From: Escherichia phage nomo
Strand: one strand, 5' to 3'
Length of the DNA: 64,000 bases
Sequence record: MN850578.1
In this document: positions 37,360-47,782 of the stretch, piece by piece
Layout: every line of letters begins with the position of its first letter
Numbering within the stretch: the first letter of the stretch is position 1
Notes under the pieces: model-generated
The model's database searches: none
What the model was told of the DNA's origin: nothing
What the model saw: the letters and a program-made list of their open reading frames with translations, nothing else
Position numbers and translations under genes: made by a program

Positions 37360-38148
37360 TTACTCGGAAACAGGGGTCCAAATATGATTTGCACGATCCT
37401 CAATAAGATTGAGTGCGATCTGACGACCCAACCCAGAACGAACGACATCGTCTGGACTATCAAAGCTGATCATTCCAACCTCAGGATCTGGATGACGAGT
37501 AAAGAAATCCGTCACCCATGCAAGGCCAGATTTACCAGGGATGTCACGTTGGCTATTATCACCCATAATTACAAGGGTGGCTTGATCAGAGATCCTTGTG
37601 ATAATTGACAACATTTCTTCAGGGTTAGTTTGCTGTGCCTCGTCAATCAGGACAAAGCATCGCTCATCGAAACTACGACCACGAATGCTTTCAACTTCAC
37701 AAATCTCGATACGGCTGTTCTGACCGTCTCCCAGCATTGCGGCAAAAGCACCTTTGCCAACACGACGACAAATCGTGTCCATCATGCTTCGAAGATAGGG
37801 CCACAGTTTCTGCATTGCATTTCCAGGTTTAAATCCTGAAGTCTTTCCTGTCTGAACGTAAGGACGTGCAACAATAATCTTATCAATCTCGTTCTTACGC
37901 AGAAGATCACCTGCATATGCAGATGCCATGAATGTCTTACCGGATCCAAACACACCGTTTACAATAATAATCTTACGTGACCCTAGATAATCAAGATACT
38001 TTTGCTGCTTCTTATTCATTGGTCGGAGAGCTGGAGCGGTGTGCTCTCTTTCGTCAGCAAATTTCTCAGCAGCCTTACGCAGGCGATCAGATTTGCGAGC
38101 CTCTCTAGCTTCATCACGCATGCGTTTTGTTTCTTTAGCTCGACCCAT
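37360..38148 (-). CDS. phoH: PhoH-like ATPase
   Basis: Walker A GVFGSGKT, DEAQ and GD..Q.D motifs in arrangement typical of PhoH family. Confidence 0.75.
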   Translation of the reverse strand: MGRAKETKRMRDEAREARKSDRLRKAAEKFADEREHTAPALRPMNKKQQKYLDYLGSRKIIIVNGVFGSGKTFMASAYAGDLLRKNEIDKIIVARPYVQTGKTSGFKPGNAMQKLWPYLRSMMDTICRRVGKGAFAAMLGDGQNSRIEICEVESIRGRSFDERCFVLIDEAQQTNPEEMLSIITRISDQATLVIMGDNSQRDIPGKSGLAWVTDFFTRHPDPEVGMISFDSPDDVVRSGLGRQIALNLIEDRANHIWTPVSE

Positions 38149-38186
38149 GTTGGGACTCCTTTCAGATTGAGATGTGCCAAGTACTT

Positions 38187-38537
38187 TTACTGCAACAGTT
38201 TTTCAATAGCCGCTTCCATGCTGCTTGCAACAGCCTGAACTCGGATATTCATCTCTTCTTGGTGGATCAGCTCCTTAAGCTCTTTAATGGTAAATTCTTT
38301 AGAGAAACCTTCCACCATAATCTTGTGCAAGGCTTCTTGCGTGTCTACTTGCAAGAACTTTTCCAGTTTGTTGGCAGAGGCTTCTAAATCAGCCCGAATA
38401 CGAGGGTCATCTGTGCGATTCAGCATTAGGCGTAAGCCATCAAGATTAGTAGAAATAGCATCTGCATGTTGAGTAACTAACCGTGGCAAAATGAGGTCTA
38501 CAAACTTATTAGCCAAATCGATACGTTCTTGTGTCAC
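38187..38537 (-). CDS. hypothetical protein (116 aa)
   Basis: ORF in array. Confidence 0.45.
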   Translation of the reverse strand: MTQERIDLANKFVDLILPRLVTQHADAISTNLDGLRLMLNRTDDPRIRADLEASANKLEKFLQVDTQEALHKIMVEGFSKEFTIKELKELIHQEEMNIRVQAVASSMEAAIEKLLQ

Positions 38538-38709
38538 TGTTGCACCCCCTCTTCATCTTCATGATGTTTCTTTTCACGCTTGTGTTTTTTCTTAAGCTCA
38601 AGCGCAATCTCTTTCTTGTACGCCTTCTTCAAGGCTTTTTTAGCCATTTGGCACCTCCTCTGCTTTCATTACGGCAATTATAACCAACTCAACAAAGCTT
38701 TGTCAACAA

Positions 38710-39183
38710 CTAGTCTACCTGAACCCAACCGCCTGATACTTTTTTAAACATTCTTTGGTTATCACTGCCTCGGAACGGTTTCTTGGTTGGTAAATCTTTT
38801 ACATACTTACCGTCAATGATGATATCAGCCAGTTTAAGAACATCACTAGAGATATGGTCAAATGTGAACCCAGTATATACAAGAATAGTTTTCTTGTCAC
38901 CAAATTTTTCCTTAATTTTCTCCATCAGGCTAATAATATCTGGCTCATTATAGTATGCTAAGGGTTCTCCACCCAGTAGAGAGATACCGCACACAGACGG
39001 GTTATCTAAATCTGACAAGATTTTTTGCAAGTCTTCTTCAGTGAACTTCCTCCCCTTATCTTTTGACCAAAATGCCTGATTAAAGCAACCAGGGCAAGCG
39101 TGTGGGCACCCAGATACCCACAAGGCAGTTCTAATACCTGGTCCTTCGGTGTAAGATATTTCTGTGTATCCAGCAATGTTCAT
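38710..39183 (-). CDS. nrdG: anaerobic ribonucleotide reductase activating protein (radical SAM)
   Basis: N-terminal GPGIRTALWVSGCPHACPGCFN cysteine cluster; adjacent to nrdD. Confidence 0.7.
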   Translation of the reverse strand: MNIAGYTEISYTEGPGIRTALWVSGCPHACPGCFNQAFWSKDKGRKFTEEDLQKILSDLDNPSVCGISLLGGEPLAYYNEPDIISLMEKIKEKFGDKKTILVYTGFTFDHISSDVLKLADIIIDGKYVKDLPTKKPFRGSDNQRMFKKVSGGWVQVD

Positions 39184-39296
39184 AGATACTCCGCATCACA
39201 TTTAGGGCAATGCCAAATAAAATCGTCTAGTGCCTTGCACCAACGAAGATTACAACTACAGCCGCACTTGCAAATTTTATAAATACCTGATGACAT
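39180..39296 (-). CDS. zinc-ribbon micro-protein (38 aa) between nrdD and nrdG
   Basis: Strong RBS aggagg; translation MSSGIYKICKCGCSCNLRWCKALDDFIWHCPKCDAEYL; stop overlaps nrdG start (ATGA). Confidence 0.4.
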   Translation of the reverse strand: MSSGIYKICKCGCSCNLRWCKALDDFIWHCPKCDAEYL

Positions 39297-39359
39297 ACTG
39301 CACCTCCTAGCTCACTGTGTGTCAATAATATGCCACATCCTTGTGGCTTTTGTCAAGAA

Positions 39360-40568
39360 TCAGCAACCACAACTTCCGTAGTGCTTAACTCGCTCGATAA
39401 CTTCCGCTTGCTTACCTTTATTGTAAGGACGGGAGTTAGGACTGGAAAGGTATCCAGACACACGTCGAATTACACTGATCGTTCCCTCTTCATGGTTTCC
39501 ACACTCTGGGCATACAAAGCCTTTAGCTGTTGCACTGAACTCACCAGAGAAACCACACTTGAGACATTTATCCACAGGTTGGTTAATACCAAAATACATA
39601 ATGTGTTTATACCCGAAGTCAACAAGAGCCTCTAAAGCATCCAGGTTGTTTTTCAGGTTAGGTGTTTCTACGTATCCGATGTTGCCACCAGAGGAGATCA
39701 TAGCAAAACCTTCCTCATACTCCCACTTATCAAAAGGAGAGCTATTTATCCATACTGGCTGATGGAAACTGTTGGTGAGATATTCATGCTCGTGCTTCAA
39801 CACTTCAGGATATTCACGATCCAGACAGGTTGCAGCTTTATAGCATAGACTCTCAGAAGGAGTGCCGTACAAGCTAAATGCTAGTCTACTTTCCTTCTTG
39901 TACCGCTCACAAGCATCTCTCATGTGCTGAAGGATTCCAAGAGCTAAAGCCTTGTCACCTTCTCTGCCCAAAATCTGACAGGTTTCATACACACCAATAT
40001 ACCCAATGCTGATGGAAGCGTACCCATCATAGAAGAGTTTATCAATACTTTCTTCAGGATCCAGGCGAGCAAGAGCGCCTTCACACCACATGATGGGGTT
40101 CTGCCCTGCCTTTGTTCCTTTTAGACGGTTAACCCTTACAAGGTGAGCCTCGTATGCAAGATCCAAGTATTCGTCAAGAACTGCAAAGAAATCAACACCT
40201 TCCGTCTTAGCTTTTGCCGCAATCATTGGCAGGTTAAGGCTAACAACGCCTAAGTTAAATCTGCCAAGGTATTTCTCCTCGCCTGTTTCCAAGTCATTGT
40301 ATTTGCTAAGAAAACTCCGGCAACCCATGCTCGTTACTTTGCCATCTGTCGAGCCTGTCACTTTCCTATTTAGTGGTACAGATACGAAGTCAGGATAGAT
40401 ACGTTCTGCACAGCATTCCAGAGCTAATCGTTTCAAATCATAGTTAGGATCTCCAGGGTTCATGTTGACACCCTCTTCTAGGAAGAACAGCACTTTAGGG
40501 AACACAGGTGTGATCCGTTCTTCACCAAGACCCATTTTGTGGACTTTCAAGTAATTTTTGGTAATCAT
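39360..40568 (-). CDS. nrdD: anaerobic ribonucleoside-triphosphate reductase, C-terminal part (glycyl-radical domain); true 5' boundary may lie upstream of the first ATG
   Basis: C-terminal RRVSGYL glycyl-radical motif and CxxC...C cluster; frame stays open upstream of annotated ATG. Confidence 0.7.
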   Translation of the reverse strand: MITKNYLKVHKMGLGEERITPVFPKVLFFLEEGVNMNPGDPNYDLKRLALECCAERIYPDFVSVPLNRKVTGSTDGKVTSMGCRSFLSKYNDLETGEEKYLGRFNLGVVSLNLPMIAAKAKTEGVDFFAVLDEYLDLAYEAHLVRVNRLKGTKAGQNPIMWCEGALARLDPEESIDKLFYDGYASISIGYIGVYETCQILGREGDKALALGILQHMRDACERYKKESRLAFSLYGTPSESLCYKAATCLDREYPEVLKHEHEYLTNSFHQPVWINSSPFDKWEYEEGFAMISSGGNIGYVETPNLKNNLDALEALVDFGYKHIMYFGINQPVDKCLKCGFSGEFSATAKGFVCPECGNHEEGTISVIRRVSGYLSSPNSRPYNKGKQAEVIERVKHYGSCGC

Positions 40569-41416
40569 TCTACCAAAGACCGAGGTATCCAGTCCTAAAC
40601 TTAATGTGATGAATGGAGTCTGCTGTCTCCTCCCTGTGTTTCCACAGGGCCAGACTATCTCTTACTCTACTTCAATAAGATAATAACCCTTTATTGTGAG
40701 ATGCTTACCTTCGGCATTTCCTTCAATAGCCCTATGAACGTTACCTACGTTCAAATTTAAGGCTTTTGCACAGGCATAGAGTGAAGGATATTCACCCACC
40801 AAGGTTTTCCCTTTGTATGCCTGCACTTTCCTATAGCACTTACCTGGACAAAGTCCTGTTCGGAAAGCATGTCTCTTATTATCTTCCGGCAAAACCCACT
40901 CTAGGTTAGACGGATGATCATTCAATGTATTGCCATCTTTATGATTCACTTCCCAGTTTTCAGGGTCTTCTGGGACATCCGGCAAACAATACAAGGCAAC
41001 AATCCTTGAGGTTTGGATTCGAATCTTTTTACCTTTGTGGTTGAAAGAGTACATATAACGGCGTTTAACATGCTTGTTACCTTTTCCATAACCTCCCCAC
41101 AATATTGGGTGTAGCATTCCACGTTTTCCGTATACGTTTCCAACCTCATCAATCACATAGTTTGATTCTTCACCATTAAGAATGATCTTTTTCATAGAGC
41201 CTCTCCATTTCGAAGTTAGTATTTCAACTAACCCCTACACTACTTGGTTCAGAAATGTTTGTCAAGCATTTCTGCCTTTCGTTAGTCGTTACAACCGTTC
41301 CAACTCCTGTAAGAACTAGTCACGGGATTGGCATAGCTTTCGCCTTAGCGTTCCCCGTTAGCCGGATTTACCGACCCCTCTTATGAGGTTAGGAGAGTTT
41401 TACAACGGCCAGTTTG
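40569..41416 (-). mobile_element. ~850-bp insertion splitting nrdD, carrying an HNH homing endonuclease gene; candidate group I intron
   Basis: Separates the N- and C-terminal nrdD reading frames; contains free-standing HNH ORF; flanking segments non-coding. Confidence 0.5.
40662..41195 (-). CDS. HNH homing endonuclease
   Basis: Translation contains EVNHKDGNTLNDHPSNLEWV (HNH motif); located inside nrdD. Confidence 0.65.
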   Translation of the reverse strand: MKKIILNGEESNYVIDEVGNVYGKRGMLHPILWGGYGKGNKHVKRRYMYSFNHKGKKIRIQTSRIVALYCLPDVPEDPENWEVNHKDGNTLNDHPSNLEWVLPEDNKRHAFRTGLCPGKCYRKVQAYKGKTLVGEYPSLYACAKALNLNVGNVHRAIEGNAEGKHLTIKGYYLIEVE

Positions 41417-42280
41417 TTAACCGTTGACAGAAGTTAATGTATTGATTTGATAGAGCAAAGTCTGCATGCTGTCAAATACGTCTTTATCTGTCATTTGCAT
41501 TGCAACAGTTTCAGCATCCGGCAACCAATGTTCCTGGCAAAATTTAAGGTTCTTCTCATAGGTTGCTTCAGCATACTGTGCCAGATAATGATCAATATGG
41601 CTCATAGTCTGACCACCATATTGAGCACTAGCTACCGCACTAGAGATTTGGCTAAGGATTGTTGTTGCAACCCCTATTGACTTCGGCTTACTGACATGGG
41701 CGTTACCAATGTTGAATCCGTTTTCCAACATATCTGGATAATTTACCAAACAACAGTTTGTTAACGGACTGATCAAGTAGTCAAGATCATGCACATGGAT
41801 GAATCCTTTATTGTGCTCTTCGGAGACACGGTCTGGCAGGATCTGTGTTGATGCAAGGTGTTTGCTAAGAATACCTGCAAGCAGGTCGCGATGAGTGTGT
41901 ACATGATTAGTAGGCTTATTTGCGTTTTCTTTTGTAAATTCATCACAAGTTCGATCCAAGAAGCCACTAATATCTGCAAGCAGTTTTCCACCTGCCTCTC
42001 TGTTATTATCTCTTGTCTGTCTATACTGGATGTATTCTCTGGCTGCACATTTTAAACCCATATCCATAAGAGCATCTTCAACAAGGATATGGATATTTTT
42101 TACAGAGATCGTGCACTGGTCGGTTGGTAGATTGTTAGCAACAACTTCATTAACCGCGCAGGCGATCCGGTAAGCTTCTTCTTCAGTATGTCCAGACTCA
42201 AGTAAGGCGGACTCTGCCGCCTTGATCACCTTAATTCCGTTATAGAACTCTTCTCTACCGTCCCGTTTTACAACTTTCAC
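41417..42280 (-). CDS. nrdD: anaerobic ribonucleoside-triphosphate reductase, N-terminal part (ATP-cone)
   Basis: Starts MKVVKRDGREEFYNGIKVIKA (ATP-cone-like); frame terminates at the insertion. Confidence 0.7.
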   Translation of the reverse strand: MKVVKRDGREEFYNGIKVIKAAESALLESGHTEEEAYRIACAVNEVVANNLPTDQCTISVKNIHILVEDALMDMGLKCAAREYIQYRQTRDNNREAGGKLLADISGFLDRTCDEFTKENANKPTNHVHTHRDLLAGILSKHLASTQILPDRVSEEHNKGFIHVHDLDYLISPLTNCCLVNYPDMLENGFNIGNAHVSKPKSIGVATTILSQISSAVASAQYGGQTMSHIDHYLAQYAEATYEKNLKFCQEHWLPDAETVAMQMTDKDVFDSMQTLLYQINTLTSVNG

Positions 42281-42555
42281 TTTTTCTCTCCAAAACCATT
42301 CTTAACAAAAGAGATGAAATCGTCGGCACCGCCTATATGGACACTGTCAAGATCGCTTTCTAAGAAGATCTGCGGCAACGTTCTGGGGACAATTGGACTG
42401 CACTTCTTAATAAGCTCTTCTTTTGTGTAGCCCTCGCCAAGTGTCTTATATACAAAAGGCAGACCTTTGCTGATTGCAAATTCTTTTGCTCTGACACAAT
42501 GTGGGCAGTTATCCTTACCGTAAATGATGATGAAAAAAGATTTTTCGCAGCTCAT
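42277..42555 (-). CDS. glutaredoxin/thioredoxin-like protein
   Basis: IIIYGKDNCPHCVRAK active-site CxxC in thioredoxin-fold context; adjacent to nrdB. Confidence 0.6.
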   Translation of the reverse strand: MSCEKSFFIIIYGKDNCPHCVRAKEFAISKGLPFVYKTLGEGYTKEELIKKCSPIVPRTLPQIFLESDLDSVHIGGADDFISFVKNGFGEKK

Positions 42556-42558
42556 ATA

Positions 42559-43647
42559 TTAAAACTCCCAAATTTCTTCTTCAGCGTCGTTAACAGTTGT
42601 GTTGACGCGGTAGTCAGTGTTCGACATTTCTTGGTTCGCCGTCTGTTGTAATGAAGGTTTCATCCACACCTGCATAAACGGTAGCGGGTCCTTTGTTGGC
42701 GGCACAAAGTCTTTGTCGATGTCGTAGTAATCATAAATCGGTGAGCAGTTATAGTCAACCCACTCTTTAAGCAACGGTGAGTTAAGACCTATAATCGCTC
42801 TTCCTTCGCTGAAAATATAGTCACTCCAACCGTACTCTTTGGTTCGTACTTCATCAAGAATCTCTTTTAACTCCCCTTTTATCTCCAGGAAGCTTTTCTC
42901 CCATGCGGGATCGTTAAGCAAGATATCAATGATGGCAAAATCACCTTTCGAATGTAGCATTTCGTCAAGCATGATTTTTTGAACAAGCTGCGCCACCTGA
43001 ACAAAAATACCCTGTTCAGCTACTGCGAAAGTGCATGCAAAACTTGCAATAAACTCAATACTTTCCAGGGCTAAAAGTGCAAAAAGCGCTCTAAGAATGC
43101 ATTTCCGCACAATATCTTCTTCAACACTAGAAGGATCCAGTCGGTATTTTGCACCAATAACCTCAAGCTCTTGCATGTATTTGACAATAACGCCAGATCT
43201 GCTCAGAACGTTTTGGTTTTCCTGAATCTCTTCTATAATCTCACGGGCATTGGGGAGGCATTGTCTAACAATCTCTGAGTAAGTTAGTGCGTGAAGAACT
43301 TCAATCTCTGACTGTTTCATCAATAGAGTGAAAAGCTCACTATTAGTGATGAATGGTGAAAAGAGGCAGATGATCGATCTTGCCGCAACGCTATCAGCCT
43401 CCCATTGCCACATCAAGGTCTGCACCATCACGTCATAAGTTGACTTTGAGCATGTTACAAAATCTGAAATAGATTGCGACAAATCCACTTCATCCTCTGC
43501 CCAATCTTGCTCTTTTTGTTTTTTGTATAGTTCAAACAGTTGTGGATATTTTTTGTTGATAGAGTCGTACATACCCATTTGCTGTCCCAGAAACAGCGGA
43601 TAGTCACCAGTTTTATGAGCGGTGTTCTCAGCATTAAATACAGCCAT
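42559..43647 (-). CDS. nrdB: ribonucleotide reductase class I small subunit
   Basis: Ferritin-like ExxH motif (EVLHALTYSEIV); RBS agagg upstream of ATG at 43647; downstream of nrdA. Confidence 0.75.
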   Translation of the reverse strand: MAVFNAENTAHKTGDYPLFLGQQMGMYDSINKKYPQLFELYKKQKEQDWAEDEVDLSQSISDFVTCSKSTYDVMVQTLMWQWEADSVAARSIICLFSPFITNSELFTLLMKQSEIEVLHALTYSEIVRQCLPNAREIIEEIQENQNVLSRSGVIVKYMQELEVIGAKYRLDPSSVEEDIVRKCILRALFALLALESIEFIASFACTFAVAEQGIFVQVAQLVQKIMLDEMLHSKGDFAIIDILLNDPAWEKSFLEIKGELKEILDEVRTKEYGWSDYIFSEGRAIIGLNSPLLKEWVDYNCSPIYDYYDIDKDFVPPTKDPLPFMQVWMKPSLQQTANQEMSNTDYRVNTTVNDAEEEIWEF

Positions 43648-43685
43648 TATTCTACCTCTAAAATGGGGCCGAAGCCCCTTTAAAA

Positions 43686-46001
43686 TTATAGTGCACAGCT
43701 TTCGCAATACGGATCTTCAACTGAACTATCTGCAATCAAAGGATAGTTCTTTCTGGTTTCATCTTCAGCCTGTTTCTTGGCATGGAGTTCCTCTGCCAAG
43801 GAGTCACCAGCACCAACCCTAGAGTTTAAATAATACCATGTCTTCATCCCGAATTTAGTGGCACGGATAAGGTACCCTAGCTGCTCCTTCATTGAAATTT
43901 TACCATCTTTCAACTTGGTGTAGTCTATGTATAAATCCGCGCTGATTGCCTGACCTGTGAATTTTTGAATCACAGCATACATATCGATCATGTCGTTAGT
44001 ATCAACGTCCCAAGCCGAAGTGTAATACTCTTTCAACTCATCGTATTCAGGAACGATAAACAGCACCTGCCCTTGTGGCGACTTTTTAAAGATAATGTGC
44101 TCACGGACAGGATAAACCCCGTTAGTGGTGTTTGTTGCCAGAGAAGAGCTTTCATTAGGCATATATGCTTCAAGAACGCTATTACGTAGCCCACCATTTT
44201 CAATGATTTCTTTACGTAACCCTTCCCAATCCTGTTTAAGAGAAGGATCTTTCACCACACTATCGACCTCTTTGTTATAAGTGTCGATTGGTAACCAACC
44301 TTCTGGATATTTTGTTTTATACATCCACTCGCAGACACCACGCTCTTTTGCCAACCGTAAACTTGCCTTATGCAAGCTGTAGCTGTGAAGTTCTGCAAGA
44401 TCGTGAACAAGCTGTTTACTTTCAGGAGATCCGTAAGTAACCTTGTGGCTGGCAATAAAATGTGCAACATTGGTAAGGCCAACCCCGATGGATCTGCGTT
44501 TTTTAACAGTACTCTCCATGTTTTCATACGGATATGTCATGATTTCCATAACATTGTCAATCATAAGCACCGTGTAGTATGCAACATCCTCATACTCCTC
44601 TGGGGTAACCCTTCCAGCTACAAGAGATGACAGGAAGCACAATGCAACCTCACCATCATCAACATCGTACTTGAAGATATTACGCATATCTGAATAGCCT
44701 TTTGTCGGGAGGGCTATTTCTGCACACAGGTTGCTTGAATAGATCACATCTTTAAAAGGTGTATGTCTATTCATCTCATCTGTCCAGTATACGTACAGCC
44801 TTCCCACCTCAGTACGCTGCGTGATCAGCTCAACAGCAAGATCTCTAGCCCGGATCCATGTCTTAGGAATACTGTCATCTTTAGCAATACGCTCAACCTC
44901 TGCATCGAACTCCTCCATAGACATGGTGAAGATACCCTCATGCAGTTGAGGAGCGTGCTTATAAGAAACAAGCATCCAATCTAAATTCTTAGCCACACGG
45001 TTGATAAACGACCTATTAATACCGATGGAGTAGTCCATGGTGTTGATTCTTTTTGAAGCAACAGTCATAGGGTTTCTCAAACGGATTAGCTCATCAATCT
45101 GCGGGTCCAGTGCAAGGAATGATACTGTTGCAGAACCGCCACGTGATTGTTGTCTGTTCTCCTTAACACCAGCATCAATACCTCGATAATATGGAATCTT
45201 ACCCATGTGTTTAATAGTGTTACCGCGAACACCATCACCTGCAGATCTTGATGATAAATAGTAGCCGATACCTGCTTGGTTAACCGTCATTGTGTACGCA
45301 ACTTCACGTGCCACACCAATAGATTTTGCTGTATCGTCAGCTTTTATTACACAACAAGATGCATACCCTGTCTTACCTGTGCGCAGCCCGTTTAAGTACG
45401 GTGTCGGGGCATTGATCTTTAAGTCGGACAGATAAGTGTATAATTTTACAACATCGTTGATACGACGTTCTTTCGGCATATTCTTCATGACAGCCATTGC
45501 TATCCCCATAAACATCATCTGGGGAGATTCAAACAAGGTGTCTTTAAGAGTATCCTTGATCCCGTATTTGTCGCGAAACTGTTTAAGGACTGCATAGCCA
45601 TAACCGAGATCTTTACTGTGGTCAATAACAGCGTCTAAAGTGTTTAGCTCGGTAAAGCTATATCCCATATCCTCCCAATACCCTTTCTCAACCATGTCGT
45701 TGTAAAATGATGGTAAGGAAGGGATCTTTGTAAACCCTCCAAAAGCCTCTTTATAAATCTGACCAATAAGAACACGACCAGCCATACGGGAATGTGCTTC
45801 GTCTTTACGGCTAACACAGGAGTCTATGATAGCTTGGTTAACTTCTTTGGTTGTACATCCATCATACAGTCGTTTGTATGCATCCAGTGCAATATGTGAC
45901 CAATTGCCGTTACCGTCGTCACCGAAAATAGCTGCCTTATTTAAACGTTCTGGATCGAATGCCACTTCACATCCGTTGCTTTTAATTACCTTGGTGATCA
46001 A
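43686..46001 (-). CDS. nrdA: ribonucleotide reductase class I large subunit
   Basis: 771-aa ORF with ATP-cone N-terminus and NLCAEIALP active-site segment. Confidence 0.85.
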   Translation of the reverse strand: MITKVIKSNGCEVAFDPERLNKAAIFGDDGNGNWSHIALDAYKRLYDGCTTKEVNQAIIDSCVSRKDEAHSRMAGRVLIGQIYKEAFGGFTKIPSLPSFYNDMVEKGYWEDMGYSFTELNTLDAVIDHSKDLGYGYAVLKQFRDKYGIKDTLKDTLFESPQMMFMGIAMAVMKNMPKERRINDVVKLYTYLSDLKINAPTPYLNGLRTGKTGYASCCVIKADDTAKSIGVAREVAYTMTVNQAGIGYYLSSRSAGDGVRGNTIKHMGKIPYYRGIDAGVKENRQQSRGGSATVSFLALDPQIDELIRLRNPMTVASKRINTMDYSIGINRSFINRVAKNLDWMLVSYKHAPQLHEGIFTMSMEEFDAEVERIAKDDSIPKTWIRARDLAVELITQRTEVGRLYVYWTDEMNRHTPFKDVIYSSNLCAEIALPTKGYSDMRNIFKYDVDDGEVALCFLSSLVAGRVTPEEYEDVAYYTVLMIDNVMEIMTYPYENMESTVKKRRSIGVGLTNVAHFIASHKVTYGSPESKQLVHDLAELHSYSLHKASLRLAKERGVCEWMYKTKYPEGWLPIDTYNKEVDSVVKDPSLKQDWEGLRKEIIENGGLRNSVLEAYMPNESSSLATNTTNGVYPVREHIIFKKSPQGQVLFIVPEYDELKEYYTSAWDVDTNDMIDMYAVIQKFTGQAISADLYIDYTKLKDGKISMKEQLGYLIRATKFGMKTWYYLNSRVGAGDSLAEELHAKKQAEDETRKNYPLIADSSVEDPYCESCAL

Positions 46002-46228
46002 TTTGCTTCCTCCACTTCATCAACGTATTTATCAAGGCAGGTATCAGTATCTTGCTGGATAAAGGTATCCTCTTCTACAGAGATATTTATAATTTTGCCT
46101 GTATACTCGTCATAATAAACATCATCATACATTTTAATATCGTTTGTCAGGCCGTTGAACCAAAGCCAACCAACATACTCTGACCGACTTGCAAAACCAA
46201 GATCCTTCCACTTGGAGTTATGACTCAT
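45998..46228 (-). CDS. hypothetical protein (76 aa)
   Basis: RBS aaggtgg upstream of ATG at 46228; ATGA overlap with nrdA. Confidence 0.4.
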   Translation of the reverse strand: MSHNSKWKDLGFASRSEYVGWLWFNGLTNDIKMYDDVYYDEYTGKIINISVEEDTFIQQDTDTCLDKYVDEVEEAN

Positions 46229-46238
46229 CTTCACCACC

Positions 46239-46739
46239 TTAGCTTTCAATACCGAATAATTTTTCCAGGCGATGCAGATCTTCAAAATTGAAAGGTTCAT
46301 CAACAATATGAATATCTTCAGCCTTTTCAGATTGTTTTGTATACTTTCTTACATTAACACGATCCTCTACAGGAATATCATACGGAAGATCTTGAACAAG
46401 CATTGCCTCACCAGGTGCTTTATCCACATCTAAAATATCTACACCGTTATACATTTGCGGGTATCTAAAGTCTGCACGCATGACACCAGCAAATACATCT
46501 GCCTTTCGATAATGTGTTGGCTTATTTTTGCATCGAACGTTTTTTCCACGAAGAACATCAATACTTTTTAAATCAAACCCTACGGCAAAGAGTGCAGCTC
46601 GGAGACCGTTTCGTGTGCGAACGTTAAACCCGGGAACGGTAGATAGGAAATCCAAAGTAACTGAAATAAATGTCTTTTTAGGAATCATAACATTACTCAT
46701 ATCTGTCTCCATTTCTGGCTCACCAACAAAGTGAGCCAT
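46239..46739 (-). CDS. hypothetical protein (166 aa)
   Basis: ORF in nucleotide-metabolism cluster. Confidence 0.45.
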   Translation of the reverse strand: MAHFVGEPEMETDMSNVMIPKKTFISVTLDFLSTVPGFNVRTRNGLRAALFAVGFDLKSIDVLRGKNVRCKNKPTHYRKADVFAGVMRADFRYPQMYNGVDILDVDKAPGEAMLVQDLPYDIPVEDRVNVRKYTKQSEKAEDIHIVDEPFNFEDLHRLEKLFGIES

Positions 46740-46798
46740 TATTATAGATTATCTAATACTATTAGTCAACACAAAAGTTACCTATCGCTGTGATAGGA

Positions 46799-47782
46799 TT
46801 AACCTTTCACGAAGTGGTTATTAAGCAGTTGTCTGTGCTGAACCCACCCACAAAAGTTGGCAGACCAGAATTTACCATCACGGTCTTGATGGGTTACACC
46901 TTCCTGCCAAGTACTGATGTCTTGTGTGATTTCACATGAAGACAGGTAGTAGTTTAAACGTTCCATTGCGTTATCGTGATCCATAGGTGTTGCCTGGTGC
47001 TCGTAAGGGCTTGCATGAATACGATCCCCACCAATCAATTTTTTAGCCACACTGTCTGCCTTTTCAAACGTGCTGTCAATATTTCGATAAGATACTTGTG
47101 CACAGCAACTAGCACTGATAGACAGAGCTTCTTTAGTATCGAGAATGCAGAGCTTTCCTTCTGTGTCACGTACAGCGTAGTTAAACTCCCCGTCCAAATA
47201 AACGTGCTCTACATATGGAGTGTGCCATTGACCCGGTTTAAGGATTTCAGGAGTGCTATTCACAAGAGCCTCCCACATACAATTAGCTAACATCTGAATC
47301 GTAGGATCCGCATCGTGCCAGCAACGGAGGTGGAAAAAATTATTCCACTCGGTGCTTGTTACAACTGTTTTCATGCGCTGAAAAGGCTCCACTAAGCGGT
47401 TACATACTTGCTTATGGTAACCAGCAAGGGCAAACTTCTCTGCATGCCAAGCGGCGTTTTTTGCAGCTTCTTTCCAAAACTCTTCCGGAGTTAGCTCCAT
47501 ATCAGTGTACTCTACACGGATCTTTTGATCGTGTTCCCCACCATCTTCCATTCCTCGCTTATTTACACCGAAGCGAACTGGCATTGCCGGATTCTCCACA
47601 ATCTGTTGCAGCATCTTTCCGACAGGCACTGCACGGGAAGACATGGCGTTTCGGCTGAACACTCGGTGCGTCATAAGCTCTGAGTGAATAATTCGAGGAT
47701 ACTCTAGCTCAAAAGTGGTGATGCGCTTACCTTTCTCGGAAATGCTGTCAGCAATGATCTTTGCAGTGCACAGTTTTAGCAT
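46799..47782 (-). CDS. thyX: flavin-dependent thymidylate synthase
   Basis: ThyX signature (R/T)HRx7S present as ELMTHRVFSRNAMSSRA. Confidence 0.7.
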   Translation of the reverse strand: MLKLCTAKIIADSISEKGKRITTFELEYPRIIHSELMTHRVFSRNAMSSRAVPVGKMLQQIVENPAMPVRFGVNKRGMEDGGEHDQKIRVEYTDMELTPEEFWKEAAKNAAWHAEKFALAGYHKQVCNRLVEPFQRMKTVVTSTEWNNFFHLRCWHDADPTIQMLANCMWEALVNSTPEILKPGQWHTPYVEHVYLDGEFNYAVRDTEGKLCILDTKEALSISASCCAQVSYRNIDSTFEKADSVAKKLIGGDRIHASPYEHQATPMDHDNAMERLNYYLSSCEITQDISTWQEGVTHQDRDGKFWSANFCGWVQHRQLLNNHFVKG

